Source: a virus (taxonomy: Duplodnaviria > Caudoviricetes). From it: a stretch of 64,000 nt of DNA. Of the stretch, positions 1 through 11,034 are shown piece after piece. Both the position numbers and the translations under genes were made by a program. Position 1 is the stretch's first letter, and the number at the start of each line of letters is the position of its first letter. The stretch is taken from positions 32,001 to 96,000 of the IMG/VR virus record IMGVR_UViG_3300017917_001910. The stretch is one strand, 5' to 3'. The notes below the pieces were generated by a model that saw only the letters and a program-made list of their open reading frames with translations, did not search any database and was not told where the DNA came from.

Positions 1-2
1 AT

Positions 3-869
3 CTTGTCCCATATTGACATAAAGAATTCTTTAGTAACTCGATTACGTAATAATACTGCTGAGTTATTTGCTCTTCCTCTTTGTGGATTTAGTTCCCACC
101 AATTACCTGTTTTAGATGAAATCATATCATCATCATCTGCGCTAAATAATGAAATTAAAGCAGCTCTTCTAATACCACCTGCTAATACTGCGTCTGCAAT
201 ATGGCATACAATATCATGCGTTTCTATAGGAGTTAACTTTTCTCCGTCAGATTTAGTATCTAAAATACCTTGAATCTTAACAATACATTCTTTTAATGGT
301 TGAGGACCTGGAGCCTTACCACCAGAAGTTACAAGTAATGCTCCTTTTGGTCTAATATCAGAAAAATCAAATAAAATACTTGAACCGCCTTCAAAATAAG
401 ACTTCATTAGTACTTTAATTGCATCTGCCCATCCTTCAATAGAATCACCAATTAAAAATCTTCTATGTTTTACAGGATTTGGTTTTCTTATTTCCGGTAA
501 TTTTTCTACGTGATGTTTTTGAACTGAATATCCGACTCCTGTGCCGCCTAATAATAAGAACATTGTTTCGCCAAACGCTCTGTAATCATCTATTGGAAGA
601 TAAGCACAGTTATAAACTCTGTTTGGAGAAAGCTCAATTGATTTACCTCCGAATTGTAAACTTCTCATTGAAGGAAGTACTTTTCTGTCATAAACCAATT
701 GATATGCATTTTCTATTTCAGCTTCCATATGCGGATACTTTCTAATATGCATTTCTTTGTTTCTTGTTACAATTTGCCACCAATCTTCTCGGCGACTTAA
801 CTCACTTTTATATTTTGCATACTTACTGTATACAGTAATATCGGAGAGTATCTTGTTTGAAATTTCCAT
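3..869 (-). CDS. nrdJ: Class II (AdoCbl-dependent, RTPR-like) ribonucleotide reductase, N-terminal part; runs off the window edge
   Basis: Not in the ORF track; translated by hand from ATG at 869: MEISNKILSDITVYSKYAKY...VLPSMRSLQFGG...NCAYLPIDD...LLLGGTGVGYSVQ...DFSDIRPKGALLVTSGGKAPGPQPL...GGIRRAALISL...RANNS. These are typical monomeric class II RNR motifs. Confidence 0.85.
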   Translation of the reverse strand, partial: MEISNKILSDITVYSKYAKYKSELSRREDWWQIVTRNKEMHIRKYPHMEAEIENAYQLVYDRKVLPSMRSLQFGGKSIELSPNRVYNCAYLPIDDYRAFGETMFLLLGGTGVGYSVQKHHVEKLPEIRKPNPVKHRRFLIGDSIEGWADAIKVLMKSYFEGGSSILFDFSDIRPKGALLVTSGGKAPGPQPLKECIVKIQGILDTKSDGEKLTPIETHDIVCHIADAVLAGGIRRAALISLFSADDDDMISSKTGNWWELNPQRGRANNSAVLLRNRVTKEFFMSIWDK

Positions 870-878
870 TGTTGTTTG

Positions 879-1022
879 TTAATTAAATTGTTTGTATTTT
901 ATTAAATTGATTAGTTCTTGTATAGAATTAATTTCTTCAACCTCTTCATCTTTTATTTCAATATTATATTTAGATTCAATAAGATTTAATATTTCTATTT
1001 TATAAATTATATTTTCTTCCAT
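879..1022 (-). CDS. 47-aa small protein resembling the C-terminal half of acyl carrier protein
   Basis: Manual translation MEENIIYKIEILNLIESKYNIEIKDEEVEEINSIQELINLIKYKQFN*. It fills the gap between two genes and overlaps the upstream stop. Confidence 0.55.
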   Translation of the reverse strand: MEENIIYKIEILNLIESKYNIEIKDEEVEEINSIQELINLIKYKQFN

Positions 1023-1462
1023 ACATGTAAAATTATATTACCATACTTTTCTTCGAAATGTTGATAGTCTGAAAAATGTTTAGTTAAATAATAATTATAT
1101 AGTTTAGATCTAACATCTCCCTCTGCGCCGTATTCAAATTGTTGAATACTATGTTTATCTACCCAATATCTAATTAACCCAAAAATAGCAGCTAAAATTC
1201 TAGATGAGTATGGAGAATTTAATAATTGAGTTAAGTTTAGATTTTTATATTCATTGTCAGTACTACCAAAGTTTATTGATGGTCGTTTAGGATTAAATAT
1301 AGGTAATATAGTTAAAGTATAATATTGATCTTTATATTTTAAATCAACCCTGAAACGATTAGAAGAATCCCTATCAATTTTATATTCAATATTCTTAGAA
1401 TTTAATTCTTCTGGAGAATATATATCTATAATTTCTTTTAGTATTGGCAATAATTTTATCAT
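1007..1462 (-). CDS. Hypothetical protein with N-terminal IKLxxILKE motif (possible internal head protein)
   Basis: 151-aa ORF preceded by the ATATTTAT motif at 1478-1485. Confidence 0.6.
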   Translation of the reverse strand: MIKLLPILKEIIDIYSPEELNSKNIEYKIDRDSSNRFRVDLKYKDQYYTLTILPIFNPKRPSINFGSTDNEYKNLNLTQLLNSPYSSRILAAIFGLIRYWVDKHSIQQFEYGAEGDVRSKLYNYYLTKHFSDYQHFEEKYGNIILHVWKKI

Positions 1463-1500
1463 ATTATTTGGGTATTAATAAATATTGTTTAAGCCACATT

Positions 1501-2667
1501 TTATCCTAAAGAATTTCCTAAAAGTTCTGAATATTTTGTAGCTAAAGATTTTCGTGTTACTGAATCTTCATCCATCTCTGTTTTTGTTTCTCTTCCTTTA
1601 ACAGATGATTCTTGATACATATCAATTCTACCATTTGACATATTAAGTTTAGTTGGTAATGTTAATCCATCTGGCCCGAAACGATTCTTAATAAAATGCA
1701 CTCTTCCTGTACCTGCAATCTTATCTGTTGTTTTTCTTGCTAATGAAATAATAACATCTCCAATCATAATCTTACTAAATGAAGAAGCTACTTGATCTGA
1801 TGTAATAATATCAGATTCTACAGAAGATCTATTTGCTTGAGATGCCGTAACAACTGGTATTTGATATTCTCCGGCTAATCCTCTTAAATCTTCATATGTA
1901 GTTTCTAATTCTTCATGAAGTTTTTCTTTTGCTTTTGCTGAACGTAATAAATCTGCATAATCTACAATAACAATATCAGGTTTTACTCCTTGCATTATCA
2001 TTTTATCTAAATGAGCTTTTAATGTCGTTACAGATGCTGTTTTTGTCGGAAAGAACTTTAAATATAATTGTCCTTTTAATTTAGATAATTCATGCTCAAC
2101 TTCTTCTAAGTTATATTTTAAATTTGCAGTCGCTATTCCAGTAACTACTGAGTCATATCTTTGAGCTACATAGGGCTCTGATAATTCCATTGTATAATGG
2201 ACTACTGTTTTTCCTTGTCTTAATAAATGAGCTCCTACATTAATCATCGAAGTAGAGTTATGTGATAAAATACCATTACTATAATAACAATTAACTTCGT
2301 CTACTGTAATATCATATAAAGATTCATACTTATCTAAATATTTCAACTCTTTTAGATATGTCGTTCCTAATTCAGTTTCTATAATATCAGAAGGTTTAAT
2401 ATTTAATACTTTAGTCCAGCCATCTTGTGTTTTTAATAAATGATGTGATGAACATTGTAAAGTTTTATTATTTCCGAAATAACATGTTACTTTTTGTTGA
2501 ATTTCTGTTCTAAATAAAGAAGTTATACTTTTATATCCATATGGAGTAAGTACTTTAACATGGATATCAGGTATAACTTCTATATTAGGCGTATTTGGTA
2601 TTTGATATTTATCAAATAATTCTTTAATAGTTATAGTTTCTTGTTTATTTCGTTTAATTAATTTCAT
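1501..2667 (-). CDS. dnaB: Split-intein C-fragment (137 aa) fused to the C-terminal half of a DnaB/gp41-like replicative helicase
   Basis: Intein block B (CSSHHLL) and blocks F/G (LYDITVDEVNCYYSNGILSHN|S), followed by helicase motifs HYTMEL, IVIVDYADLL, TASQANR and KNRFG. Confidence 0.9.
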   Translation of the reverse strand: MKLIKRNKQETITIKELFDKYQIPNTPNIEVIPDIHVKVLTPYGYKSITSLFRTEIQQKVTCYFGNNKTLQCSSHHLLKTQDGWTKVLNIKPSDIIETELGTTYLKELKYLDKYESLYDITVDEVNCYYSNGILSHNSTSMINVGAHLLRQGKTVVHYTMELSEPYVAQRYDSVVTGIATANLKYNLEEVEHELSKLKGQLYLKFFPTKTASVTTLKAHLDKMIMQGVKPDIVIVDYADLLRSAKAKEKLHEELETTYEDLRGLAGEYQIPVVTASQANRSSVESDIITSDQVASSFSKIMIGDVIISLARKTTDKIAGTGRVHFIKNRFGPDGLTLPTKLNMSNGRIDMYQESSVKGRETKTEMDEDSVTRKSLATKYSELLGNSLG

Positions 2668-3559
2668 ATATAAATTTTATGACTTGATCTAATATAATAT
2701 CTTTTTTGGATTTCCAATCCGATTCCCATATAATAAAAATGGAATAATTAAGTGCTTCTAGGTCTTTGCATCGAGAAGCATCTTTATTCCATTGGTCATC
2801 AACAAGATACATTCCTCCTGGCTTTTTAATATAATCTCCAGACTTATATATTTTTGGATTACAGTGCCAATAATCTCCATTTACTTCAATAATTTTATTA
2901 TCAACTTGAATATCTACAATATATGAAGTATTAGATATCTTTTTATTAAATTTAAACACTTTATCTTTGCAAAGAGATTTAATATTTTCCTGAATTAATC
3001 TTTCTAATTTAGATACACATCCGGTATTATTATGTTGATCACCAAAATTTTTATCTAACCATGCTTCTTTACCAATTAATGCAATTTCATTTAATTTATT
3101 TCTTCTTGTAGCATTACTTTGCTTTATTTTAGCTTCTTTGGTATGTGAATGACCTAAGAACTTTTTTGATTTAGCACTGGCTATTGATTGATATTCTTTT
3201 AATTTATTACTAGCTTCTTCATGAGACAATCCGTTATTTAAATAATAATCAATAGATCTTTTAGAACCTTTTTTACTTTTTAATTTTGAAGCTTCTTGTA
3301 TTTTTAAAATTTCTACGGGGTCTGATATATTACGTTTAGCATAATATTCATCACAGAATTTATTTCTTTCTCTCTGACTAATGGACACTTGCAATTTAGA
3401 TTCTTCTTCAGTATATCCTAAAGCTAGCCAATATTCTATTCTATTATTGTTAATAGGAGGCGTGCCATTAGAATTAAATCTTTTCTTTTGATCTTCCCAT
3501 TTACGAAGACCTTCTACTTCGCCGTACTTTTTAATCCAAGCTTGTTTTACAGATGCCAT
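2654..3559 (-). mobile_element. Free-standing homing endonuclease (Vsr/DUF559-like PD-(D/E)xK domain, NUMOD3-like motif)
   Basis: VSKLE...VDIQVDNKIIEVNGDYWHCNP...WNKD...IIWESDWK nuclease motifs; FLGHSHTKEAKIKQS is NUMOD3-like; the gene lies between the two helicase halves. Confidence 0.8.
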
Positions 3560-3601
3560 ATTCTTTATTATAAATATATAAATAATAAAGTTTTTATATA
3601 T

Positions 3602-4390
3602 TTATTTTTCCTGGACCTGGACCTGTAAAAGGTTAATTACTTCATGCCCTTGAATTTTATGATTATCTATTTCATATATGGTAAATGGATCAATCCAAAA
3701 TATAAAAGGCATTCCTTGAGAATTAATCATTTCAATACCTAACTCTTCATACTGTATATCTATAGACGTATTAGGCCCTATACATTTACCAGCACCAGGC
3801 CCTGCCACAAATATAATAAGCTCTCCTTTACCAATACCGCCATCAACCAATTCATTAAATGCAGTCCAAGGTGTAGGTAAAGTTATTCTAGCTGATTCTT
3901 CATAACGTAATTTAACATCTTTTAAATATTCTAATCCAATATCTTGATTAGCCCCTGCTTTCATTGCAGTATCAATTTTCTTTTTGATATTATCATATTC
4001 TCCTGATTGTAATAACTCAACAGATTCGATAATAGCTTTTTTAATACATTGATTTTTACAGAAGTTAACACACTCTGTTTTGACAAAATCTAAATCTTCT
4101 GCTTCAACATATCTTAATATATCTTTTAAAGATTCTACAATAGACAATTTTAAAGGTTCAGATGTAAGTTCTAATGCCTTTACTTTAAATACTTCTAATG
4201 TAGGTACTGTTTTATATTCTGGATAGTATTTCATAATAATACCTACAATCCAAATATTAGCTTCAGAATCAAAATATTCAGGTATTAAAATATCGAATAT
4301 TTGTTGAAGAAATGTTTTATCTTTTATAAGTGCCGCAATTATTTTTAATTGAAAGGTCTTTCCGTACTGCGTAAATCTATCTTGACTCAT
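3602..4390 (-). CDS. dnaB: N-terminal half of DnaB/gp41-like helicase ending in the split-intein N-fragment (60 aa, codons 3784-3605)
   Basis: LPTPWTAFNELVDGGIGKGELIIFVAGPGAGK followed directly by CIGPNTSIDI (intein block A starting with Cys). Confidence 0.9.
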   Translation of the reverse strand: MSQDRFTQYGKTFQLKIIAALIKDKTFLQQIFDILIPEYFDSEANIWIVGIIMKYYPEYKTVPTLEVFKVKALELTSEPLKLSIVESLKDILRYVEAEDLDFVKTECVNFCKNQCIKKAIIESVELLQSGEYDNIKKKIDTAMKAGANQDIGLEYLKDVKLRYEESARITLPTPWTAFNELVDGGIGKGELIIFVAGPGAGKCIGPNTSIDIQYEELGIEMINSQGMPFIFWIDPFTIYEIDNHKIQGHEVINLLQVQVQEK

Positions 4391-4394
4391 ATTC

Positions 4395-4426
4395 CTAATA
4401 TATAATATACTTTTCTAAAGATCAAG
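4395..4426 (-). promoter_or_regulatory. Bacteroidota sigma70-type promoter (CTTG-N20-TATATTAG), 4 nt before the helicase ATG
   Basis: Same geometry as TTTG-N19-21-TAnnTTTG and repeated at 9201-9232, 11003-11034 and 29949-29980. Confidence 0.5.
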
Positions 4427-5477
4427 AATTATTATTTGTTCCTAGCGCAAATATATTTAATTGATTAAAGATGTTTAAAAATGTAATAGGATCGTTAATA
4501 TAGTTATATCCTTTATCCGTAGCTAATATTTGTATAAATTCGTTTTTATTAATTAATGATATAGGCTCGTTAAACTTATCAATTAAGAATAGTTTATGCG
4601 TACCTGATATATCTACATTATGTAGTTGCATTAATTTATAATTACGTGTTATAATGTCTTTATTGTTAATGATTTTTTTGTATAATTTATCATCTTGTTT
4701 ATCTTCACAAAAAGATAAAAATTCTTCTAAACCAACTACCCTATTTTCTTGCAAAATAGGCATCTTTCCTACGGTCTTAGGGCCGATTCCAGGCACTCCG
4801 GGTATATTATCTCCATCGTCTCCAATAAACACTTTATAGAGGTGATAATTCTCTGCAGGCACTCCAAATCTTACTTTAACATCTTCTAATTTATATAAAC
4901 GCTTTTCTACTGGTCTATATACATTAACTTTCTCATTTACAAGTTGTAGATAATCTTTGTCGTCTGAAACTATCATTACATTATTACTTCTTGTATTAAG
5001 AATATCTGTAGTTAAATACGCTACCATATCATCTGCTTCAATATGGTCTGCAGTAATTACTGATACTGGTAAGCAACGTAAGTATTGTATTAATCTTACA
5101 AATTGATGCTTCATCGAAGCACTTTCATCTTCTGCGTTTTCAAATATCTCTGCTCTGTTAAAAGATTTAGGAGCTAAACGATTGCCTTTATATTCAGGAT
5201 ATAGCTCTTTTCTTTTTTTAGAGCCTCCTTTACCATCAAACGTAATAATAATTCTTGTGGGTTTGAATGTTTTAACATAAGAAGCTAGTGACTTTAAGAA
5301 TCCTAAAGACCCTCCTAAATGCTCCCCATTATCATTCATTACGGGATTGGCCATGAAACATCTCAAGTAAAAATTAGTCCCGTCCACTAACATAACCCTG
5401 GAGTTAATATTTAGTGAAACGGGACTTTCTTTTTCTTGTTGAATCTCTGCTAATAACTCAACAAATCTATTTAACAT
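4422..5477 (-). CDS. 5'-3' exonuclease / flap endonuclease (Pol I 5' nuclease, T4 RNase H-like)
   Basis: LVDGTN, TFDGKGGS, YPEYKGNR, IEADD, VSDDKDYLQL and GDDGDNIPGVPGIGPKT (H3TH) motifs. Confidence 0.92.
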   Translation of the reverse strand: MLNRFVELLAEIQQEKESPVSLNINSRVMLVDGTNFYLRCFMANPVMNDNGEHLGGSLGFLKSLASYVKTFKPTRIIITFDGKGGSKKRKELYPEYKGNRLAPKSFNRAEIFENAEDESASMKHQFVRLIQYLRCLPVSVITADHIEADDMVAYLTTDILNTRSNNVMIVSDDKDYLQLVNEKVNVYRPVEKRLYKLEDVKVRFGVPAENYHLYKVFIGDDGDNIPGVPGIGPKTVGKMPILQENRVVGLEEFLSFCEDKQDDKLYKKIINNKDIITRNYKLMQLHNVDISGTHKLFLIDKFNEPISLINKNEFIQILATDKGYNYINDPITFLNIFNQLNIFALGTNNNS

Positions 5478-5483
5478 AACTTA

Positions 5484-7124
<1,641 letters not shown>

Positions 7125-8279
7125 TTAAAAATCATCTCCGCCATCTGGCGTCGTAACTATTTGAATTCCTTCATCTGGATTTGCAGGGTCATACTTCATA
7201 ATATATTCTTCACAAAGCTTTTCATATACTTGCTTTTTCAATCTAGGATCTTCGGCAAACTTTGTTAGTATATTTGCTGATGTAAATACTACTTCTTCTC
7301 CTGTTTCTGTATCTACATAATCATAATAAGCCCCGCGCTTCTTAACTAATTTATGCTTTGTTAATTCGTCAATCCAACTTGGCGCTGAATCAATACCAGA
7401 GTCAAAATAAATATCATATTCTACTTCTCTGCTTGGAGGTCCTAAACGATTCTTCTTAATCTTTAACTTTGTTTTAGCTCCAATTACAGTTCCGTCAGAT
7501 TTCTTAATCATTCCTAAATTATATAATGATAATCTAACTGATGCATGGAATCCGACTGCTTTACCACCAGATGTTTGAGTCTTTTCACCAAAGCCCATAA
7601 CACCTACTTTATCACGTAATTGATTTGTTAAGATTAAGCATACTTTTTGACGACCAATCATATTAGTAATCTTACGCATTGCTTTTGATAATACAATAGC
7701 TTTTGTAGTTGCATAACCATCTTTTTCGTAATCTGCTTCTTGCTCCACTTTTGTTGTAGCACCCATAATAGAATCAATAGCAATACATACTAATCTATTT
7801 TTGTCAGCATTTCTTACTTTCTCGATAATAGTTTCTACAATTGCAAATGCATCTTCTATAGTTTCTACTGGAGCATAAATCATTTTACTTAAATCCATAC
7901 CTAGCATTTCAAAGAATTCATTTGCTACGGCATTTTCTGTATCAATATAAATTGATAATCCTCCTTTACGTTGACATTGAGCTAATATATTTGCTGTTAG
8001 TAAAGATTTACCAGCAGCACTTTCGCCCATAATCTCTATAATACGACCTACTGGCAATCCGCCATATGGTCTATTTGATATTGCTAAATCTACAATATCA
8101 TTTCCCGTTGTTATCCAATCTGTTACATTACTAGGTGAATCAGCATCTTTATCTAAAAAATACGCTACTTTCATGTTAGTTTCTTTAAACTTTGCATTAA
8201 GCGTATCTGCTAATAATGATGCCAAATCTTCATGCATTGCACCAGATGATATTCCGTCATCCGTTTTCTTTTTTGCCAT
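7125..8279 (-). CDS. recA: RecA/UvsX recombinase
   Basis: GLPVGRIIEIMGESAAGKS (Walker A), YIDTENA, IAIDSI, TNQLR, SGGKAVGFHASVRL, KNRLGPP. Confidence 0.93.
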   Translation of the reverse strand: MAKKKTDDGISSGAMHEDLASLLADTLNAKFKETNMKVAYFLDKDADSPSNVTDWITTGNDIVDLAISNRPYGGLPVGRIIEIMGESAAGKSLLTANILAQCQRKGGLSIYIDTENAVANEFFEMLGMDLSKMIYAPVETIEDAFAIVETIIEKVRNADKNRLVCIAIDSIMGATTKVEQEADYEKDGYATTKAIVLSKAMRKITNMIGRQKVCLILTNQLRDKVGVMGFGEKTQTSGGKAVGFHASVRLSLYNLGMIKKSDGTVIGAKTKLKIKKNRLGPPSREVEYDIYFDSGIDSAPSWIDELTKHKLVKKRGAYYDYVDTETGEEVVFTSANILTKFAEDPRLKKQVYEKLCEEYIMKYDPANPDEGIQIVTTPDGGDDF

Positions 8280-8297
8280 AATATTTTGGTTTATAGT

Positions 8298-8332
8298 AAA
8301 ATAAGAGGAGTAGATGATTCTAACTCCCCTTA
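8298..8332 (-). terminator. Possible imperfect intrinsic terminator between SSB and RecA
   Basis: Imperfect inverted repeat TAAGAGGAG...CTCCCCTTA with a short T-run on the minus strand. Confidence 0.4.
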
Positions 8333-8346
8333 CTTACTTTATGTTT

Positions 8347-9138
8347 TTAGTTTTTAAATAAATCGTCAAATGCACTAGAAATATCCTCTACTGATTTTGT
8401 TTCAGCGGGCTTTGTAGGTGTCGACACTTTAGCTTCTGTACCTGTAGATGCTGTTCCTTCTTGAACTCCTTCAGTATCGCGATTTAACCAATTGGTCAAT
8501 ACTACCTTTAAATCTTCATATGAAGGTTCTTTAAAGATTTCTGTTAAATTTTTCTGGCCAGTTGCAATCTTTGTGATAATTTCCTTATCTGTATGTACCG
8601 GAGTTTGATTTGGTTTAATACGAATAGAAGTTTCTGGAAAATCTTTTCCCGTTTGTTCTTTAGTTTTGAATTCTACTGTAATATCTCTTCCACTAACTGG
8701 ATCTGTAATATCACCATAATCTGGATCTGCAATAAATGCTAATAATTCTTGGTATACTGTTTTACCGAATCCCCAATATTTAACACCTTCATGTTCTTTT
8801 CCACGAATAACGATTGGAGCATAAACGCGCATTTTAGGTTCGATCTTTTTACCTAATTTCCATTCTTCTTTTTTTCCTGTAGATTGAAGCTTTTCTGCGA
8901 ACTCAACTACTGGATCTGGTTTACCAAATGTAGCTGGAGATAAATACTGCTTATTTCCAAATTCATAATGGAAATAAAGTTCATTGAATGGATTGTCTTT
9001 GTTGAATTGATAAGGTACAATTCTAACTACTTGTGTACCTGGTTCTGGTTTCCATAAGGTGTCTTGTCTTTCACCTTTTCCTGTGTTTTTTTGCAAATCG
9101 CCTAGTTTCGCGCGAATTGCGTCTAAATTAATCGCCAT
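8347..9138 (-). CDS. gp32-like single-stranded DNA-binding protein
   Basis: WKPEPG...VRIVP, YWGFGKTVYQELL, YGDITDPVSGRDI, and an acidic/aromatic C-terminal tail AFDDLFKN. Confidence 0.8.
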   Translation of the reverse strand: MAINLDAIRAKLGDLQKNTGKGERQDTLWKPEPGTQVVRIVPYQFNKDNPFNELYFHYEFGNKQYLSPATFGKPDPVVEFAEKLQSTGKKEEWKLGKKIEPKMRVYAPIVIRGKEHEGVKYWGFGKTVYQELLAFIADPDYGDITDPVSGRDITVEFKTKEQTGKDFPETSIRIKPNQTPVHTDKEIITKIATGQKNLTEIFKEPSYEDLKVVLTNWLNRDTEGVQEGTASTGTEAKVSTPTKPAETKSVEDISSAFDDLFKN

Positions 9139-9200
9139 TTTTCTTTTTGTTTTTAATTGTTTAACTTACTAAATATCTAACTGATATCTAAATTTCTTAT

Positions 9201-9232
9201 CTAATATAATATCTTATCTCTTATTTTCCTAA
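9201..9232 (-). promoter_or_regulatory. Bacteroidota-type promoter TTAG-N20-TATATTAG upstream of the SSB gene
   Basis: Shares TTAGGA-N15-TATTATATTA with the site at 29949-29980. Confidence 0.5.
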
Positions 9233-9619
9233 TTATTTTATATGAATTATTTTGTATATTTGCAATTCATGTAAAATTAATTTCTTATCTGTTACTAAAA
9301 TAGCTGTATTTGAATAATCTTCCCAATTCACTTTATAATTCTTATCTAATATATTATTATTAAGTGATTTTATCAAGAAATTTAATCCATTAATGGTATA
9401 AAGCGTATTAGTTTCTTTTCTTCTGTGTATTGAAATAGTGTTATCTAACAAATCATTAAGATTGCCAGACTCTATATTGTACGTGCAAGCCAACTCAGGA
9501 TTCTCGCTCATTTGCAGAACGAAAATTTTACCGTTAAGTATATTATAATTACTTACGATATTATCAATTGTTGGTTGTAAATCATTCTCTAAAGTGAATG
9601 TGCAAAGTAAACGTATCAC
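9233..9619 (-). CDS. Hypothetical phage protein
   Basis: 128-aa ORF (LLCTF, IHRRKETNTLYTING) with the ATATTTAT motif at 9638-9645. Confidence 0.7.
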   Translation of the reverse strand: MIRLLCTFTLENDLQPTIDNIVSNYNILNGKIFVLQMSENPELACTYNIESGNLNDLLDNTISIHRRKETNTLYTINGLNFLIKSLNNNILDKNYKVNWEDYSNTAILVTDKKLILHELQIYKIIHIK

Positions 9620-9645
9620 GTATATAGATTATTTATTATAAATAT

Positions 9646-10998
9646 CTACATACTTACATTTTTTAAGTTATTATAATCATATCCGGCCTGAACTTTTACT
9701 GGATATTTTCCATTACATTCTAATATTCTTTGACATTGCTTAATATACTTACCTCCGTCATCTTTATGGAAGTCGATCAATAACGAATCATAAGTATATA
9801 ATATCATCTTACTCTTAAATCCTTTGTTAAAGCTCATTAAAGTATCTAATATTCCCATAGTTTCTTCCATCTCTAATGATTGAATTAAATAATTAAGAAG
9901 CTTCTGAGAATTCATTTCAGTAAAGAATGTATTTTTTAATGTTCTTTTATATATTGGTGTTTCTAAGTATTTTTGATCTTTATAAAGTTTCCAGTTAATT
10001 TTTGTAAAATCGTCTACTAATTTAAAAAATGGAATTTCTAAAAACTCTTTTTCAATACCTCCGTACAATAATTTAAAAGTTATGCCCTTACTTTGATCAT
10101 ATTCTTCCGGAGTTAATTCTTCTTTTCCAAAATATTGACGCCCTAAATGTTCGTGCATATTTACTTTGCCTGGAAATTGATATCCTAATAATTCTCCTAA
10201 TAATCTAATATGATAAGCATCATAATCAAACTGCAGTAAAAATCCATCTTTACCAAAACGAGACTTAAATGATTTTCTTACTCCCGTTTCTTTATTTAGT
10301 GCCGCATAATTTACAGAATCAAATCTATTTGAAGGTCTTCCTGTTGTTGTATAAGGATTATATTCTGTATATACAAAGTTATTTGTTATTGTTACATTTG
10401 GAAATGTTTCTTTAAGTATATCAGGATTTACATACATACCATTTACTTCTATATGATGTAAAGTTTTAACTACATTATTATATTTTAAGAATGTGTCTGA
10501 TATTGTAAATGCTTTAAATTCTTCTTTATATTCTTTAATAAGATTGCCAAACTTTTCGTGATGTTTTACAATTGGTATAAGATGATTAAGGTTTTTTAAG
10601 TTGGAATATTTTTGATTAAAGTAATCATGTACAGGCGTATCAAACTCCTCAACATCTATAGATTTATTTGTTAAGAAGTATATGACCATATTTGCATCAT
10701 ATATATGATCACAAGTAATCTTACTTAATAAATATTTAAGATTTAAAACAAAGCACTCTTTACTAGAACATAATAAATCACTTAATAATGATTCTTTTAT
10801 TGAAAGTGCCTCGGAATGATTAAAACTTACAATACATTCTTTGTTTATTGTAAGATCATATAAATAAAGTAATGAAAGCTCATTTATACTGTAGTGAAGA
10901 AACGGGTCTTTTAAAACCGGCGCAACAAAGATACGATGATCTTTAATCTCTGTTATAAGGTCAAATAATTCAGTTTCGGTTTCTACAATTGGTAGCAT
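9646..10998 (-). CDS. Short, divergent family-A DNA polymerase
   Basis: TTTGRPSN, motif A FDYDAYHIRLL, motif B SKGITFKLLYGG, LLNYLIQS, motif C YTYDSLLID. Confidence 0.8.
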   Translation of the reverse strand: MLPIVETETELFDLITEIKDHRIFVAPVLKDPFLHYSINELSLLYLYDLTINKECIVSFNHSEALSIKESLLSDLLCSSKECFVLNLKYLLSKITCDHIYDANMVIYFLTNKSIDVEEFDTPVHDYFNQKYSNLKNLNHLIPIVKHHEKFGNLIKEYKEEFKAFTISDTFLKYNNVVKTLHHIEVNGMYVNPDILKETFPNVTITNNFVYTEYNPYTTTGRPSNRFDSVNYAALNKETGVRKSFKSRFGKDGFLLQFDYDAYHIRLLGELLGYQFPGKVNMHEHLGRQYFGKEELTPEEYDQSKGITFKLLYGGIEKEFLEIPFFKLVDDFTKINWKLYKDQKYLETPIYKRTLKNTFFTEMNSQKLLNYLIQSLEMEETMGILDTLMSFNKGFKSKMILYTYDSLLIDFHKDDGGKYIKQCQRILECNGKYPVKVQAGYDYNNLKNVSM

Positions 10999-11002
10999 AC
11001 CA

Positions 11003-11034
11003 GAAATATAAGTTATTTTTTATATAACTCCAAA
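11003..11034 (-). promoter_or_regulatory. Bacteroidota-type promoter TTTG-N20-TATATTTC, 4 nt before the polymerase ATG
   Basis: Near-consensus match to TTTG-N19-21-TAnnTTTG. Confidence 0.6.

Noticed and set aside
4-745. Plus-strand ORFs 4-273 and 479-745
   Set aside because: Antisense shadows of the minus-strand RNR gene that the ORF track missed because it is truncated
2668-3601. Group I intron interrupting the helicase
   Set aside because: Almost no non-coding space for an intron core (42 nt on one side, an overlap on the other); the intein motifs explain the break
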